Part shown: positions 31,552-41,044 of the stretch, piece after piece
Position numbering within the stretch: the stretch's first letter is position 1
Layout of the letters: every line of letters starts with the position of its first letter
Assembly: GCA_965226495.1 (NCBI GenBank)
Contig: OZ245365.1
Location: 6,048,001 to 6,112,000 of the forward strand
DNA from: Candidatus Marinacidobacterales bacterium
GTDB taxonomy: Bacteria; Acidobacteriota; Vicinamibacteria; Marinacidobacterales; DATDRI01
Direction: 5' to 3'
DNA length: 64,000 nucleotides
Translations under genes and position numbers: made by a program
Notes under the pieces: generated by a model
Told to the model about the DNA's origin: nothing
Seen by the model: the letters and a program-made list of their open reading frames with translations, nothing else
Database searches by the model: none

Positions 31552-32874
31552 ATGATGCAATCAGTTCCTTGGCTCGCCATCCTTTCCGTCGTCGGGACCA
31601 CCGCGATAGTCGCGGGTGAGGACTGGCCCGAGTTTCGCGGGAAGGGTCGGCTGGGAGTTTGGAACGAGGACGGCATCCTCGAGAGCTTCCCAGATCAGGG
31701 GCTCGACGTGATCTGGAGGACTCCCATCGGTAGCGGCTATTCCGGCCCGGCGGTTGCCGATGGACGGGTCTTCGTGACCGACTTCCGCCGCGTCGAACGC
31801 TTTCGTGGGTTCGAGCGGATTCTCTGCCTCGACGAGCAGAGCGGCGAGATCTTGTGGGAAAGAGAGTGGGAGGCCGACTACACCGGACTTCACGAGATCT
31901 TTGCCATCGGCCCCCGCGCCACCCCTACCGTCGACGGAACCCGCGTCTACGTCTTGGGAACTATGGGCAAGCTCGTGGTCCTGGACGTGGCATCGGGTCA
32001 CATCCTTTGGCAAAAGGATTTTGTCGAAGACTACGGGGCAACGATTCCGTTCTGGGGAATGGCGGGCGCACCGCTCGTCGACGGAGAAAGGGTCATCTGT
32101 GTGGTGGCGGGGGAGCCCGATGCCAAGGTGGTCGCCTTCGACAAACTGACCGGCAAGGAGATCTGGCGGGCGCTCTCATCGGACTGGGAGCCTGGCTACA
32201 GTCAGCCCACCATCGTCGAGATCGCCGACCAACGCCAGCTCATCATTTGGCATCCCCGAGCTATCAGCTCGCTCGATCCGGAAACCGGGGAGATCTACTG
32301 GGAGGAGCCTTTCAACGTTGAGATGGGAATGACTGTCTCCACACCGATAGTCGCGGGCCGGTATCTGTTCGTCTCCTCGTTCTTCGACGGTGCCCGCATG
32401 TTGAGGGTGAACGAAGACGATGCCGGCGTGACCGTGGTGTGGAGGAGCACCGGTGAGAGCGAGATCAACACCACCCGAGTTCACACGGTCATCAACACCG
32501 CGGTCATCGAAGACGGCTATCTTTACGGTATCGATGCCTACGGACAACTCCGCTGCCTCGATGCGAGAACGGGCGAGCGTCTCTGGGAGACCCTCGCGGT
32601 GACGATAGAAAAAGCGCGCCACGCCGCCGCACACTTCGTCCAGAACGGCGATCGCTACTTCATCAACAACGACCGGGGAGAGCTCATCATCGCTCGATTT
32701 CGGCCGGAAGGCTATGAAGAGGTAAGTCGTACTCAGCTCGTCAAGCCTACCTCCGCCACCACCGCCCGCCGAGAGCTCGGAGCCGTGGCCTGGTCCCATC
32801 CGGCCTACGCTAACCGACACATCTTTGCTCGCAACGACGAGGAGATCCTCAAGGCTTCTCTGGCCAAGGAATAG
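31552..32874 (+). CDS. PQQ-binding-like beta-propeller protein, exported
   Basis: EDWPEFRG, GYSGPAV, repeated GxxxW motifs, WSHPAYAN. Confidence 0.88.
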   Translation: MMQSVPWLAILSVVGTTAIVAGEDWPEFRGKGRLGVWNEDGILESFPDQGLDVIWRTPIGSGYSGPAVADGRVFVTDFRRVERFRGFERILCLDEQSGEILWEREWEADYTGLHEIFAIGPRATPTVDGTRVYVLGTMGKLVVLDVASGHILWQKDFVEDYGATIPFWGMAGAPLVDGERVICVVAGEPDAKVVAFDKLTGKEIWRALSSDWEPGYSQPTIVEIADQRQLIIWHPRAISSLDPETGEIYWEEPFNVEMGMTVSTPIVAGRYLFVSSFFDGARMLRVNEDDAGVTVVWRSTGESEINTTRVHTVINTAVIEDGYLYGIDAYGQLRCLDARTGERLWETLAVTIEKARHAAAHFVQNGDRYFINNDRGELIIARFRPEGYEEVSRTQLVKPTSATTARRELGAVAWSHPAYANRHIFARNDEEILKASLAKE

Positions 32875-32933
32875 CCGCAACGCGGTGGCGTTTCTTGCGG
32901 GGCTCGGCACAGGTCTGGTATCGTCGATTCATC

Positions 32934-33080
32934 ATGGCTGCCAAAGACGACAAAGCCATAGAGGCGGAGTATCGGGAAAAGAGACCTCTCTATGAACGAC
33001 TGTGCCGAGAGGTGGTCGTCAACCTCGAGGAACTCGTCAAAGTACTCCATCATGCCGAAGATTCCTCAATCCTCAGTTGA
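32934..33080 (+). pseudogene. Possible N-terminal remnant of a small alarmone synthetase (RelA/SpoT domain)
   Basis: MAAKDDKAIEAEYREKRPLYERLCREV resembles SAS N-terminal helices; abuts the HD gene. Confidence 0.3.
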
Positions 33081-33615
33081 CACCAATTCTCCGTCGCGCC
33101 TGGGCCGCGGCCTCATCAAAAGCGCGGTCTAACTTGGCATTGATGCCACGACACCCGGCCACCACCCGGACTGCAAATTCTACGTACTCCGCTTGCCTCT
33201 CCCGAGACCATCCAGCCGGTGGGCCCTTAGCAATATCGCGGACGTTACATATCTTGTCCGCGATCTCCAGTTGCTTGGCCGCATCGGACATCGTCGGCGC
33301 AGACGTAACCTGAAGTTCCTTTCGCGCGGCTTTAGGGAGTGATTTGTCGTCGGATACCTCTGCCACCAAACCTCGCACCTCCGACCCGAATCGCTCTTCC
33401 AACTCTTCGAAAGTGGTCTCGGTGTCTTCAACGGTGTCATGCAACAGTGCCGCGGCAAGCAAGGTGTGATCGGTCACACCCGCCTCCGAGGTTAGGACGT
33501 TGGCGACCGCGAGAGGATGATTGATGTACGGGGAGGCTTCCTCGTCCTTTCGGCGTTGATCGCGGTGTTTTCCTGCCGCGAAGGAAGCTGCTTCGAGTAC
33601 CGTGGCCAGGTTCAC
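33073..33615 (-). CDS. HD-domain small alarmone hydrolase (MESH1/SpoT-HD-like)
   Basis: HRDQRRK, PYINHP, LHDTVEDT, ADKICN. Confidence 0.9.
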   Translation of the reverse strand: MNLATVLEAASFAAGKHRDQRRKDEEASPYINHPLAVANVLTSEAGVTDHTLLAAALLHDTVEDTETTFEELEERFGSEVRGLVAEVSDDKSLPKAARKELQVTSAPTMSDAAKQLEIADKICNVRDIAKGPPAGWSRERQAEYVEFAVRVVAGCRGINAKLDRAFDEAAAQARRRIGVN

Positions 33616-33624
33616 AATGTCACT

Positions 33625-34668
33625 TTAACGTAAGAGTAGGGGCAGTACGCTACTTTCGAATGGAGCAACGACTGCCGTCCAGCACACAAACACGGCAATG
33701 ATGCCGAAAAGCGAGACTCGCGCCAGCGTCCGCCGCCGGCCGCTCTCGCCCCTCGCAAGATCCAACAGGAGGTCCCATGGGATCCAGAACGCATAGGTCA
33801 GAAAGAATGTACGGAAGGTCGCCCTCATCGTTACCGCGAATCCGATTTGCATGAAGAAGAGGCATGGGACAATCACGATCCGGGCCCGACGGCTGAAGAG
33901 CGCCAGCGGAGAGAGGAGCTCGAGAGCCAGGGCGCCGACGGACAGCACCTGCCCGAGCAAGACGTTTCCGGCTAGCCAGTGGGAAAGTGGGCCCAAATCA
34001 ATGACCTGCACGGTGAGGGAGAGGTTGTTCGACAGAAACCACTCGAGTCCGCCCAGACGAAGCTTCGCAATGCCACCGGCGAAGAAGACGGACACGAACA
34101 CCAGCTGCATCAGTCGCACCGGCCAGGAGTAGGTCCCCCGCGCCGCCTCTTCCGGAATTCGATGGTTGCGGCCTCGCCATCGTCTCACCAGGCTGTCGAC
34201 CGAGAACGCGTCTCCACAGCGAGACATCGCGAAGATGCCGAACATGATGAAGAAGTGGCCCTCCGCTGGCTCGACGAAACCGAAGGATTGACGCATTCCA
34301 AAAAGATAGAGTCCGCTGAGAAACGTGACGGCAAAGGCGGCCCGCGAAAAGAGGCCGATGAACCCGAGGGCCAGGGCAATGAAGAAAACGCGCTGGAGCA
34401 CTAGGACGAATGCGGGCGACGGTATATCGATTCCCAGTGCATGTATGAGCGGAACCGGCAACCAGAAAGCATCGGAGACGTTGAGCCAGTGCGAGAAATC
34501 CCAAGACAGATGGGACCACAAGAACAAGCCGGACACGAGAGCCCGGGTGAGCCCCAAATTCTCGGGTCCCCATGGTTCGAACCAGAGCTCGTTCCACCGT
34601 TTGACGAAGCGCTTTTCTCCGTTATTCCCTCTCCCTTTGGGAGAGGGTAGGGTGAGGGCTCGGCTCAT
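33625..34668 (-). CDS. HTTM-domain membrane protein, copy 1
   Basis: IGLFSR, SRCGDAFSVD, WPVRLMQ, FFAGGIAKL, ELLSP; multi-TM. Confidence 0.75.
   Translation of the reverse strand: MSRALTLPSPKGRGNNGEKRFVKRWNELWFEPWGPENLGLTRALVSGLFLWSHLSWDFSHWLNVSDAFWLPVPLIHALGIDIPSPAFVLVLQRVFFIALALGFIGLFSRAAFAVTFLSGLYLFGMRQSFGFVEPAEGHFFIMFGIFAMSRCGDAFSVDSLVRRWRGRNHRIPEEAARGTYSWPVRLMQLVFVSVFFAGGIAKLRLGGLEWFLSNNLSLTVQVIDLGPLSHWLAGNVLLGQVLSVGALALELLSPLALFSRRARIVIVPCLFFMQIGFAVTMRATFRTFFLTYAFWIPWDLLLDLARGESGRRRTLARVSLFGIIAVFVCWTAVVAPFESSVLPLLLR
34627..34658 (-). repeat. Palindromic REP-like element inside the HTTM copy 1 5' coding region
   Basis: CCCTCACCCTACCCTCTCCCAAAGGGAGAGGG. Confidence 0.8.
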
Positions 34669-35243
34669 CGCTCGAGTCCCGTATCGGACATGACCTCGAA
34701 AATGAGCTCACGGTGGGGGAGTGAAGGAGCACGCGTCATCGCATCAGTCAAGGAGAGGGTGGCAGGATTCGAGAAATCCCGCTTCATCAGGTAGAGCCTC
34801 ACTCCAACGAGAGAAGGTTCCCCGGGCGTTCGGTTCTGGTTGTATCGATTCTGGATGTCGAGCAAGGCCTTCCGTATCAAGCGCTCGTTGGCCTTAGCTC
34901 TCGCCCTGAGATCGGCGACTCCGTCCGCCGCCGGCCCTCCGGCGAACATGGAGCCCGTACGTCGATTCCCCAGCATCTTATTGAATGCCATCATCATCGA
35001 CACCGGGTACTGGGGTGTCACGTGTCTTGATTCTACGACGTGCTCTTCGCCTTCTCCGTCGACCCCGACTGGGAACAGAGCCAGATGTGCCGCCACGTCT
35101 CCCCTCGACCAGTAGGTGGACCACGACTGCACCGTGTGAGCAAACATCGGGTAGTTGTTGAAGGGCCAGGGCTTCGCGTCGAGGCCGATGGCGGTGATGA
35201 CCCCTGCCAGAACGATCAGGATGGTCGCGTTCGCTCGCCACAT
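34665..35243 (-). CDS. Membrane-anchored HTTM partner protein (WPFNNYPMF), copy 1
   Basis: N-terminal TM; conserved paralog at 36297; ATGA overlap with the HTTM gene. Confidence 0.8.
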   Translation of the reverse strand: MWRANATILIVLAGVITAIGLDAKPWPFNNYPMFAHTVQSWSTYWSRGDVAAHLALFPVGVDGEGEEHVVESRHVTPQYPVSMMMAFNKMLGNRRTGSMFAGGPAADGVADLRARAKANERLIRKALLDIQNRYNQNRTPGEPSLVGVRLYLMKRDFSNPATLSLTDAMTRAPSLPHRELIFEVMSDTGLER

Positions 35244-35271
35244 AGCTCGTTTATATCCTATCCGACAAGGT

Positions 35272-36300
35272 TTAACGCAACACCCAGGGAAGAACTGCCG
35301 TCCAGCCCACGAACGTGGCTAACAGGGCGGCGAGTGCAAGCCGTGCCAGGGTCCTTCGCCTCGACCGACTACCACGAGCCATATCGAGGAGACGATCCCA
35401 GGGAATCCAAAACGCGTAGGTCAGAAAGAACGTCTGGAAGAGCGCTCGCATCGTCACCGCGAAGCCTACCTGGAGGAGCAACAAGCACGGTACGATCACG
35501 ATGCGCGCGCGCCAACTGAAAAACGCGAGAACAGAAGCCAACTCGAGACCAACCGCCATGACGGCGAGGAGTTGACCGATGAGTACTTTCCCGGCGAGCC
35601 AGTGCGAGAGTGGCCCTAGGTCGATGACCTGCACGGCGAGCGCGAGGTTGTCGGAGAAGATCCAGTCGAGGCCGCCTAGCCGCATTTTCGCTACGCCACC
35701 CGCGAAGAACACCGACACGAAGAGCAACTGCATGAGGCGGACCGGCCAGGAGTAGCTTCCCCGCTTCACCTCCTCGGGAATGTGGTCGGGCCGGCCCCGC
35801 AGCCGACGGATCAGGTGGTCGAAGGAAAACGCATCGCCGCACCGCGACATGGCGAAGATCCCGAACATGAGGATGAAGTGCCCTTCCGCGGGCGCGATGG
35901 AGCCGAACGATTGGCGCATGCCGAAAACGTAGAGCCACGTGAAACACGAGATCGCGAAGGCGGTTCGCGTAAAGAGACCGACAAATCCGAGTGTCAACGA
36001 TATGAGGAAAATGCGCTGGATGAACTGCACGAAGGCCGCCGATGGAATGTCGAGTCCGAGCAGGCGGAAGAGAGGGATAGGCATCCAGAAAGCGTCGGAA
36101 ACCTCCGTCCAAACGGATAGATCCCAGGATAGATGAGACCAGAGAAAAAGGCCCGAAACCAGCGCTCTAGAGAGGCCCAGGTTTTCGGGTCCCCAGGGTT
36201 GGAACCATAGGTTGTTCCAGGCGTTAAAAAGGCGTTTTTCTCCGTTATTCCCTCTCCCTTTGGGAGAGGGTAGGGTGAGAGATTCGATCGCTCGAGTCAC
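35272..36300 (-). CDS. HTTM-domain membrane protein, copy 2
   Basis: Colinear paralog of 33625-34668 (FFAGGVAKM). Confidence 0.75.
   Translation of the reverse strand: MTRAIESLTLPSPKGRGNNGEKRLFNAWNNLWFQPWGPENLGLSRALVSGLFLWSHLSWDLSVWTEVSDAFWMPIPLFRLLGLDIPSAAFVQFIQRIFLISLTLGFVGLFTRTAFAISCFTWLYVFGMRQSFGSIAPAEGHFILMFGIFAMSRCGDAFSFDHLIRRLRGRPDHIPEEVKRGSYSWPVRLMQLLFVSVFFAGGVAKMRLGGLDWIFSDNLALAVQVIDLGPLSHWLAGKVLIGQLLAVMAVGLELASVLAFFSWRARIVIVPCLLLLQVGFAVTMRALFQTFFLTYAFWIPWDRLLDMARGSRSRRRTLARLALAALLATFVGWTAVLPWVLR
36250..36280 (-). repeat. Palindromic REP-like element inside the HTTM copy 2 5' coding region
   Basis: TCTCACCCTACCCTCTCCCAAAGGGAGAGGG. Confidence 0.8.
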
Positions 36301-36866
36301 GGAACGGGCATAACCTCGAAGATAAGCACGCGGTGCGGGAGTGTTGGCCCGCGCTCGACCGCATCACTCAAGGAGAGAGTCTCAGGTCTCGAGTAGTCGC
36401 GCTTCATGAGATAGAGCCTCATTCCGATCAGGGGAGGCTCGTCGCTCTGGCGACGCCGGTTGTATCGTTCCTTCAGGTCGAGCAACGCTTTGCGCAGGAC
36501 GGCCTTCTTCTTTATCGCCCTCGCTCGGAGGTCCGCCACTCCGGGTTCCGCCGGCGAGCCCGGAAATATGGATCCTTTCCAATTCCCCAGCATCTTGTTG
36601 AAGGACATCATGGTCGAGACCGTGTGGTGGGGTGACACGTGCCTCGCTTTCAGGACGTGCTCACGCTGGGGTTCTTCGCCATCGACCCCCAGGGGGATGA
36701 GGGCGAGGTGCGCGGCGACGTCCCCTCGCGCCCAGTAAACGGGCCACGACCGCACGGTGTGCGCAAACATTGGATAGTTGTTGAAGGGCCACGGCTTCGT
36801 GTCGAGGCCGATGGCGGTGATGACGCCTACGAGAACGAAGAGGATGGTCGCGTTCGCGCGCCACAT
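36297..36866 (-). CDS. Membrane-anchored HTTM partner protein, copy 2
   Basis: MWRANATIL...WPFNNYPMFAHTV shared with copy 1. Confidence 0.8.
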   Translation of the reverse strand: MWRANATILFVLVGVITAIGLDTKPWPFNNYPMFAHTVRSWPVYWARGDVAAHLALIPLGVDGEEPQREHVLKARHVSPHHTVSTMMSFNKMLGNWKGSIFPGSPAEPGVADLRARAIKKKAVLRKALLDLKERYNRRRQSDEPPLIGMRLYLMKRDYSRPETLSLSDAVERGPTLPHRVLIFEVMPVP

Positions 36867-36891
36867 GCTTGAAAAGCTCTTGTTCCCTTTT

Positions 36892-36917
36892 CCCTCTCCC
36901 CCCTGGGGGAGGGCAGG
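36892..36917 (-). repeat. Degenerate copy of the same palindromic element
   Basis: CCTGCCCTCCCCCAGGGGGGAGAGGG. Confidence 0.6.
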
Positions 36918-36969
36918 CGTCAACTAGATCTCGTGCCGCTATCCATTGCGTCAGACGCCGGGTGAGGGG

Positions 36970-38247
36970 TCAGCCTGATTCAAACCCACACACGTTCAGT
37001 GCAGCAATAGCATAGATCTTCGTCTGATTCACGAGCTCTTCGATCGTTAGGTACTCGTTCGGCTTGTGGACCCGCGAAATATGCCCCGGTCCATAGGTCA
37101 CACCGGGAATGCCTCGAGCGAGGAACGCCTGCAGCTCGCCTGCCCCGACAATCGAGCCGTACTCGGCGTCGACGCCCACAGCTTTCGCGGCGTCTTTGAT
37201 GGACGTTACCAAAGGCTCGTCTTCTTTGATCTCGAAGGTTTGCCTCTCGCTGAAGATCGTAACATTGCCGATTTTGAACTCAGGATCCGATTCCTGAAGC
37301 TCCTTGATAGTCCGGTCGATCTCACCTCGCATCCTCTCGGTCGAGTAGGGAGCGACCACGCGAATTTCGAGACCCACCTTGCACGCATTCGGTATGTCCC
37401 CAAAGCGCTTGGCCACGCCCTCCACCGCAACGACATTGAGGCTTTCTCTTCCTTGCCGCGGTCCGTCCTTGAGCTCGACTCCTTTCAAGGCCTCCATGAA
37501 CATCGCCGCCTTGTCGATGGCGTTGACGCCGTAGGGAGTAGCCGCGTGAGCCGTCTCGCCAACGATCTCGTACTCTAGGATGAGCCTGCCCTTGAAAGAG
37601 CCGCAGATATTTTCCAGTCCGGATGCTTCACCGTTGATGATCATATCCGGTAGGGGAAATCCTGCGTCCTCGAGACCTTGCTCTGCCAGGAACGTCATGC
37701 CGGGCCACTTGAGGTGATCGAAGCGCCCTTCATCGTCGACCGAGGACACCAGCATGAGACTGCCCTTGAGCCGGATCCCCAGGTCTCGGATGGCTTTCGC
37801 TGTGAACACCTGGGCCGCCATCGCCGACTTGGCGTCGCAGGTTCCTCGTCCCCAAACTCTCCCACCGTCAACAGTGCCTCCAAAGGGGTCGAATTGCCAG
37901 TCGTCGGGATCGTCGATATCGACGACGTCCATGTGGGTTCCCAACATCAAGACAGGGCCGTTGTTCGCACCGTCGATCATACCCACGACATTAGGTCGAG
38001 GATATTCGAGGCCCGCTTTTTCGACCTTGTCCCTGGGGGCGCAGATGAATTCGGTCCGGACCCCGGCGGCTTCGAGCTCCGTCTTCATCCGCTCCGAGAT
38101 GGCTTCGTACTCGCCTGGGGGGAAAACGCTGGGTAGGCGTACCAGATCGCAAAATAGGGACACCAGCGTGTCCCGGTGCTCATCGATATAGCTGCTGATG
38201 CCCTTGGCAGCCGCCGCGCCGTCCTGCTGCATACGGTATACCGTCAT
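36970..38247 (-). CDS. M20 ArgE/DapE-like metallohydrolase, paralog b (start uncertain, 38232-38289)
   Basis: GTHMDVV, GRGTCDAK, VDDEG, HKPNEY; colinear with 30187-31440. Confidence 0.88.
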   Translation of the reverse strand: MTVYRMQQDGAAAAKGISSYIDEHRDTLVSLFCDLVRLPSVFPPGEYEAISERMKTELEAAGVRTEFICAPRDKVEKAGLEYPRPNVVGMIDGANNGPVLMLGTHMDVVDIDDPDDWQFDPFGGTVDGGRVWGRGTCDAKSAMAAQVFTAKAIRDLGIRLKGSLMLVSSVDDEGRFDHLKWPGMTFLAEQGLEDAGFPLPDMIINGEASGLENICGSFKGRLILEYEIVGETAHAATPYGVNAIDKAAMFMEALKGVELKDGPRQGRESLNVVAVEGVAKRFGDIPNACKVGLEIRVVAPYSTERMRGEIDRTIKELQESDPEFKIGNVTIFSERQTFEIKEDEPLVTSIKDAAKAVGVDAEYGSIVGAGELQAFLARGIPGVTYGPGHISRVHKPNEYLTIEELVNQTKIYAIAALNVCGFESG

Positions 38248-38379
38248 GTGGCCCATTCTATCAGAAAGAAGTGTGCGGCGAGTTGTCAATTAGCGTCATG
38301 TGTGATTATAGATTTTCCGGACGACGCCTGGGTTTGCAGCATTGTTGTCCGGTTGATGCTGCGATAACATGCCTGACGC

Positions 38380-39198
38380 GTGAACAAGAGCTCTCCGCAC
38401 CCTCCCTATCGGGCCAGGCTCCACGAGGTGATCTTCGAGGCCGATACCCCAGCGGGAAAGGCCTTCGACGTCGCTCTCCTCGTCCTCATTGTGGCCAGTG
38501 TTCTCGCCGTGATGCTGGAGAGCGTGGCTTCCGTCCGCGAGCACTATGGGGCCGTGCTCCGAGGATTCGAGTGGCTGGTTACTATCCTCTTTACTATCGA
38601 GTACGCTCTGCGTCTCTACTCGGTGGGAAGGCCTCTTGCTTATGCGCGTAGCTTCTTCGGCGTTGTTGACCTTCTTACCATCCTGCCTTCGTACCTGAGC
38701 CTCGTCTTCACGGGTGCTCAGTCGCTCCTCGTCATTCGGGCTCTGCGACTCCTTCGGGTCTTTCGCGTACTCAAGCTAGTGAGGTTCGTGGGAGAGGCGT
38801 CACAGCTTCGAGAAGCGCTTCACGCCAGCGCTCGAAAGATCGCCATCTTCATCGGCGCGGTCCTGACCGTAGCCCTCATCGTCGGCGCCCTTATTTATCT
38901 CATCGAAGGGGAAGAGAGTGGCTTCACGAGCATCCCCCAGGGCATGTACTGGGCCATCGTGACGATGACGACCGTGGGTTATGGAGATGTCTCGCCGCAA
39001 ACGGTCTGGGGAAAGTTCCTCGCCACCGTCATCATGATCCTTGGCTACGGCATCATTGCTGTACCGACGGGAATCGTAAGCGTCGAGATGCACGCGGCTT
39101 CGAAGCAAACCATCAGTACCCAGGCTTGTCCGAGCTGTTCCAGCGAGGGACACGATGCGGACGCCACGTTTTGCAAGAACTGCGGCACGCGTTTGTAG
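38380..39198 (+). CDS. Voltage-gated-type potassium channel with C-terminal Zn ribbon
   Basis: S4 RALRLLRVFRVLK, TTVGYGD filter, CxxC...CxxC. Confidence 0.93.
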   Translation: MNKSSPHPPYRARLHEVIFEADTPAGKAFDVALLVLIVASVLAVMLESVASVREHYGAVLRGFEWLVTILFTIEYALRLYSVGRPLAYARSFFGVVDLLTILPSYLSLVFTGAQSLLVIRALRLLRVFRVLKLVRFVGEASQLREALHASARKIAIFIGAVLTVALIVGALIYLIEGEESGFTSIPQGMYWAIVTMTTVGYGDVSPQTVWGKFLATVIMILGYGIIAVPTGIVSVEMHAASKQTISTQACPSCSSEGHDADATFCKNCGTRL

Positions 39199-39288
39199 CC
39201 TTTATTCGGAAGGGGATCCCGCTCGCCTCGATACATCTGGTCGGGGTAAGGTGACCCTCTCTCGTTTCGGAAGCGGAGGACGCTCAAA

Positions 39289-40368
39289 ATGGCAAGCTCT
39301 GATTGGTCACGACGTGGTTTCTTGACGGCGGCTGGACTCCTCGGTGCTTCGCGCTTACTGGCCCCGTTGGCGAAGGGTGAGTCTTCGACGAAGCCGAGCC
39401 AGAGCCGGCGTCAGAAAATCATTCTCGATGTCGATACCGGTACCGACGACGCGGTGGCCCTCATGTTTGGTGCGCTTCATCCGGATCTCGAGCTCGTAGC
39501 GGCGACGACCGTGAACGGGAACGTGCCCGTCGAGTACTGTACCGAGAACTCTCTGCGCGTCTTCGACTACATCGGTGTGGACGTTCCGGTCTATGAGGGC
39601 ATGGCGACGCCCATCTTCCGCCCCGATTTCCCGGTGCCGCGTAAGGAACGGACGAGCAGCATGACGGGCGGGACCATCCATGGCGGACACTTGGAGCTTC
39701 CGCCTGCCAAGTCGAAACAGCAGTCGATGACCGCTGTCGATTTTCTGATTGAGACCTACTCGCGGCCCGAGTCCAAAGACATTATTTTGGTCCCGGTGGG
39801 ACCGCTTTCGAATGTCGCGATGGCGCTCAAACAGTCGCCGAGGATCGTGGAGAACATCCCAGAAATCGTCATCATGGGTGGTGCGCATGAGATCGGCAAC
39901 GTAACCGCATCCGCGGAGTTCAACGTCTGGGCGGATCCGGAGGCGGCTCGGGTCGTACTCAATAGCGGGATCAAGAATGTGACGATGGTGCCGCTGGATG
40001 CGACACACCGAGCGCTCGTTTCTCTGGGTGACTGCAAGAAGCTTCGGGCGCTAGGCACGCCGGCGGGGGAGGCCGCTGCTATCTTTACCGAGCGACGCGT
40101 TCGCGGATATCTCGAGTTCCAACCGTCGGGCCGGCCCGCGGCGCCGGTTCACGATGCGCTCGCGGTTGCTTCGATCGTCAATCCTTCTGTGATTTCAACG
40201 GTGCACGCTTACGTCGACGTCGAGACCCATGGCGAGCTGACGGTCGGCAAAACGGTCGTCGACACGCGCCCGCGAAGCGCCAAGAGTCCAAACGCATACG
40301 TTGCGCTCGATGCAGACGAGCCGCTATTCGTCAGGATGTTGCTAGAAACGATGGGGCGAACGGCATAG
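39289..40368 (+). CDS. Nucleoside hydrolase (IU-NH family) with Tat signal
   Basis: SRRGFL; DVDTGTDD, AEFN, PLD, VHD. Confidence 0.92.
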   Translation: MASSDWSRRGFLTAAGLLGASRLLAPLAKGESSTKPSQSRRQKIILDVDTGTDDAVALMFGALHPDLELVAATTVNGNVPVEYCTENSLRVFDYIGVDVPVYEGMATPIFRPDFPVPRKERTSSMTGGTIHGGHLELPPAKSKQQSMTAVDFLIETYSRPESKDIILVPVGPLSNVAMALKQSPRIVENIPEIVIMGGAHEIGNVTASAEFNVWADPEAARVVLNSGIKNVTMVPLDATHRALVSLGDCKKLRALGTPAGEAAAIFTERRVRGYLEFQPSGRPAAPVHDALAVASIVNPSVISTVHAYVDVETHGELTVGKTVVDTRPRSAKSPNAYVALDADEPLFVRMLLETMGRTA

Positions 40369-40444
40369 AACCGCTCGCTGACGGGGCCAGCAGAATTAGT
40401 GGGCATCGGCCAGCCCACCATCTGACGAACGTCGGAAGCACTTC

Positions 40445-40624
40445 CTAGCTTGCTCTTTCCTTGGGAAACAGGAACGTGCTCACCTGCTCGGAAACAAGGC
40501 TGCAAAGATCCAAAGCGTCCTGCATGTGACGGACGTCGGCCACGTGCTCTGGCCAAGCTCCAAGATCTTTTTCTTTGTTCTTATCGTCCACTTGCGCGAT
40601 ATGAATGCGAATTCTGTATTTCAT
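40445..40624 (-). CDS. Small hypothetical protein (59 aa)
   Basis: GGAGG RBS 6 nt before ATG 40624; MKYRIRIHIAQVDDK... Confidence 0.55.
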   Translation of the reverse strand: MKYRIRIHIAQVDDKNKEKDLGAWPEHVADVRHMQDALDLCSLVSEQVSTFLFPKERAS

Positions 40625-40809
40625 CGGGAACCTCCGAGTACGAAAAGCAGTAGGACATCGGGCGCCAATATAGCTACTCGCACAAGTCTTGGGAAGTGGT
40701 GGAATCCCCGCGGTAGGCTTGCCGGCCGCAGTCGTGCTTGCGCAACGCGTTATAATAGAAGCAGATCGACCAACTTTCAGCCAGCACAAACAGAAAAGGT
40801 GTCTCGAAA

Positions 40810-41034
40810 ATGCCTGGAACCACGCGAAAAAAGGCGAAGAAACAGAAGCAACCGTCCACGAAAACTCGATCTGTCCGTACCAAGCCGCAGCGAAAACCCG
40901 AGGTGGCACCACAGACTTCAGACCTCGAGGGCCGCATCCAAGAGCGTGCCTACCACATTTTTCTGAACCGGAATGGCGCGCCTGGAGAAGCACTCGGCGA
41001 CTGGCTGCAAGCGGAGCGGGAGCTCACCGGTTGA
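40810..41034 (+). CDS. DUF2934 domain protein
   Basis: IQERAYHIF...G...DWLQAEREL; TATAAT at 40751. Confidence 0.85.
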   Translation: MPGTTRKKAKKQKQPSTKTRSVRTKPQRKPEVAPQTSDLEGRIQERAYHIFLNRNGAPGEALGDWLQAERELTG

Positions 41035-41044
41035 AAGCTTGAAT

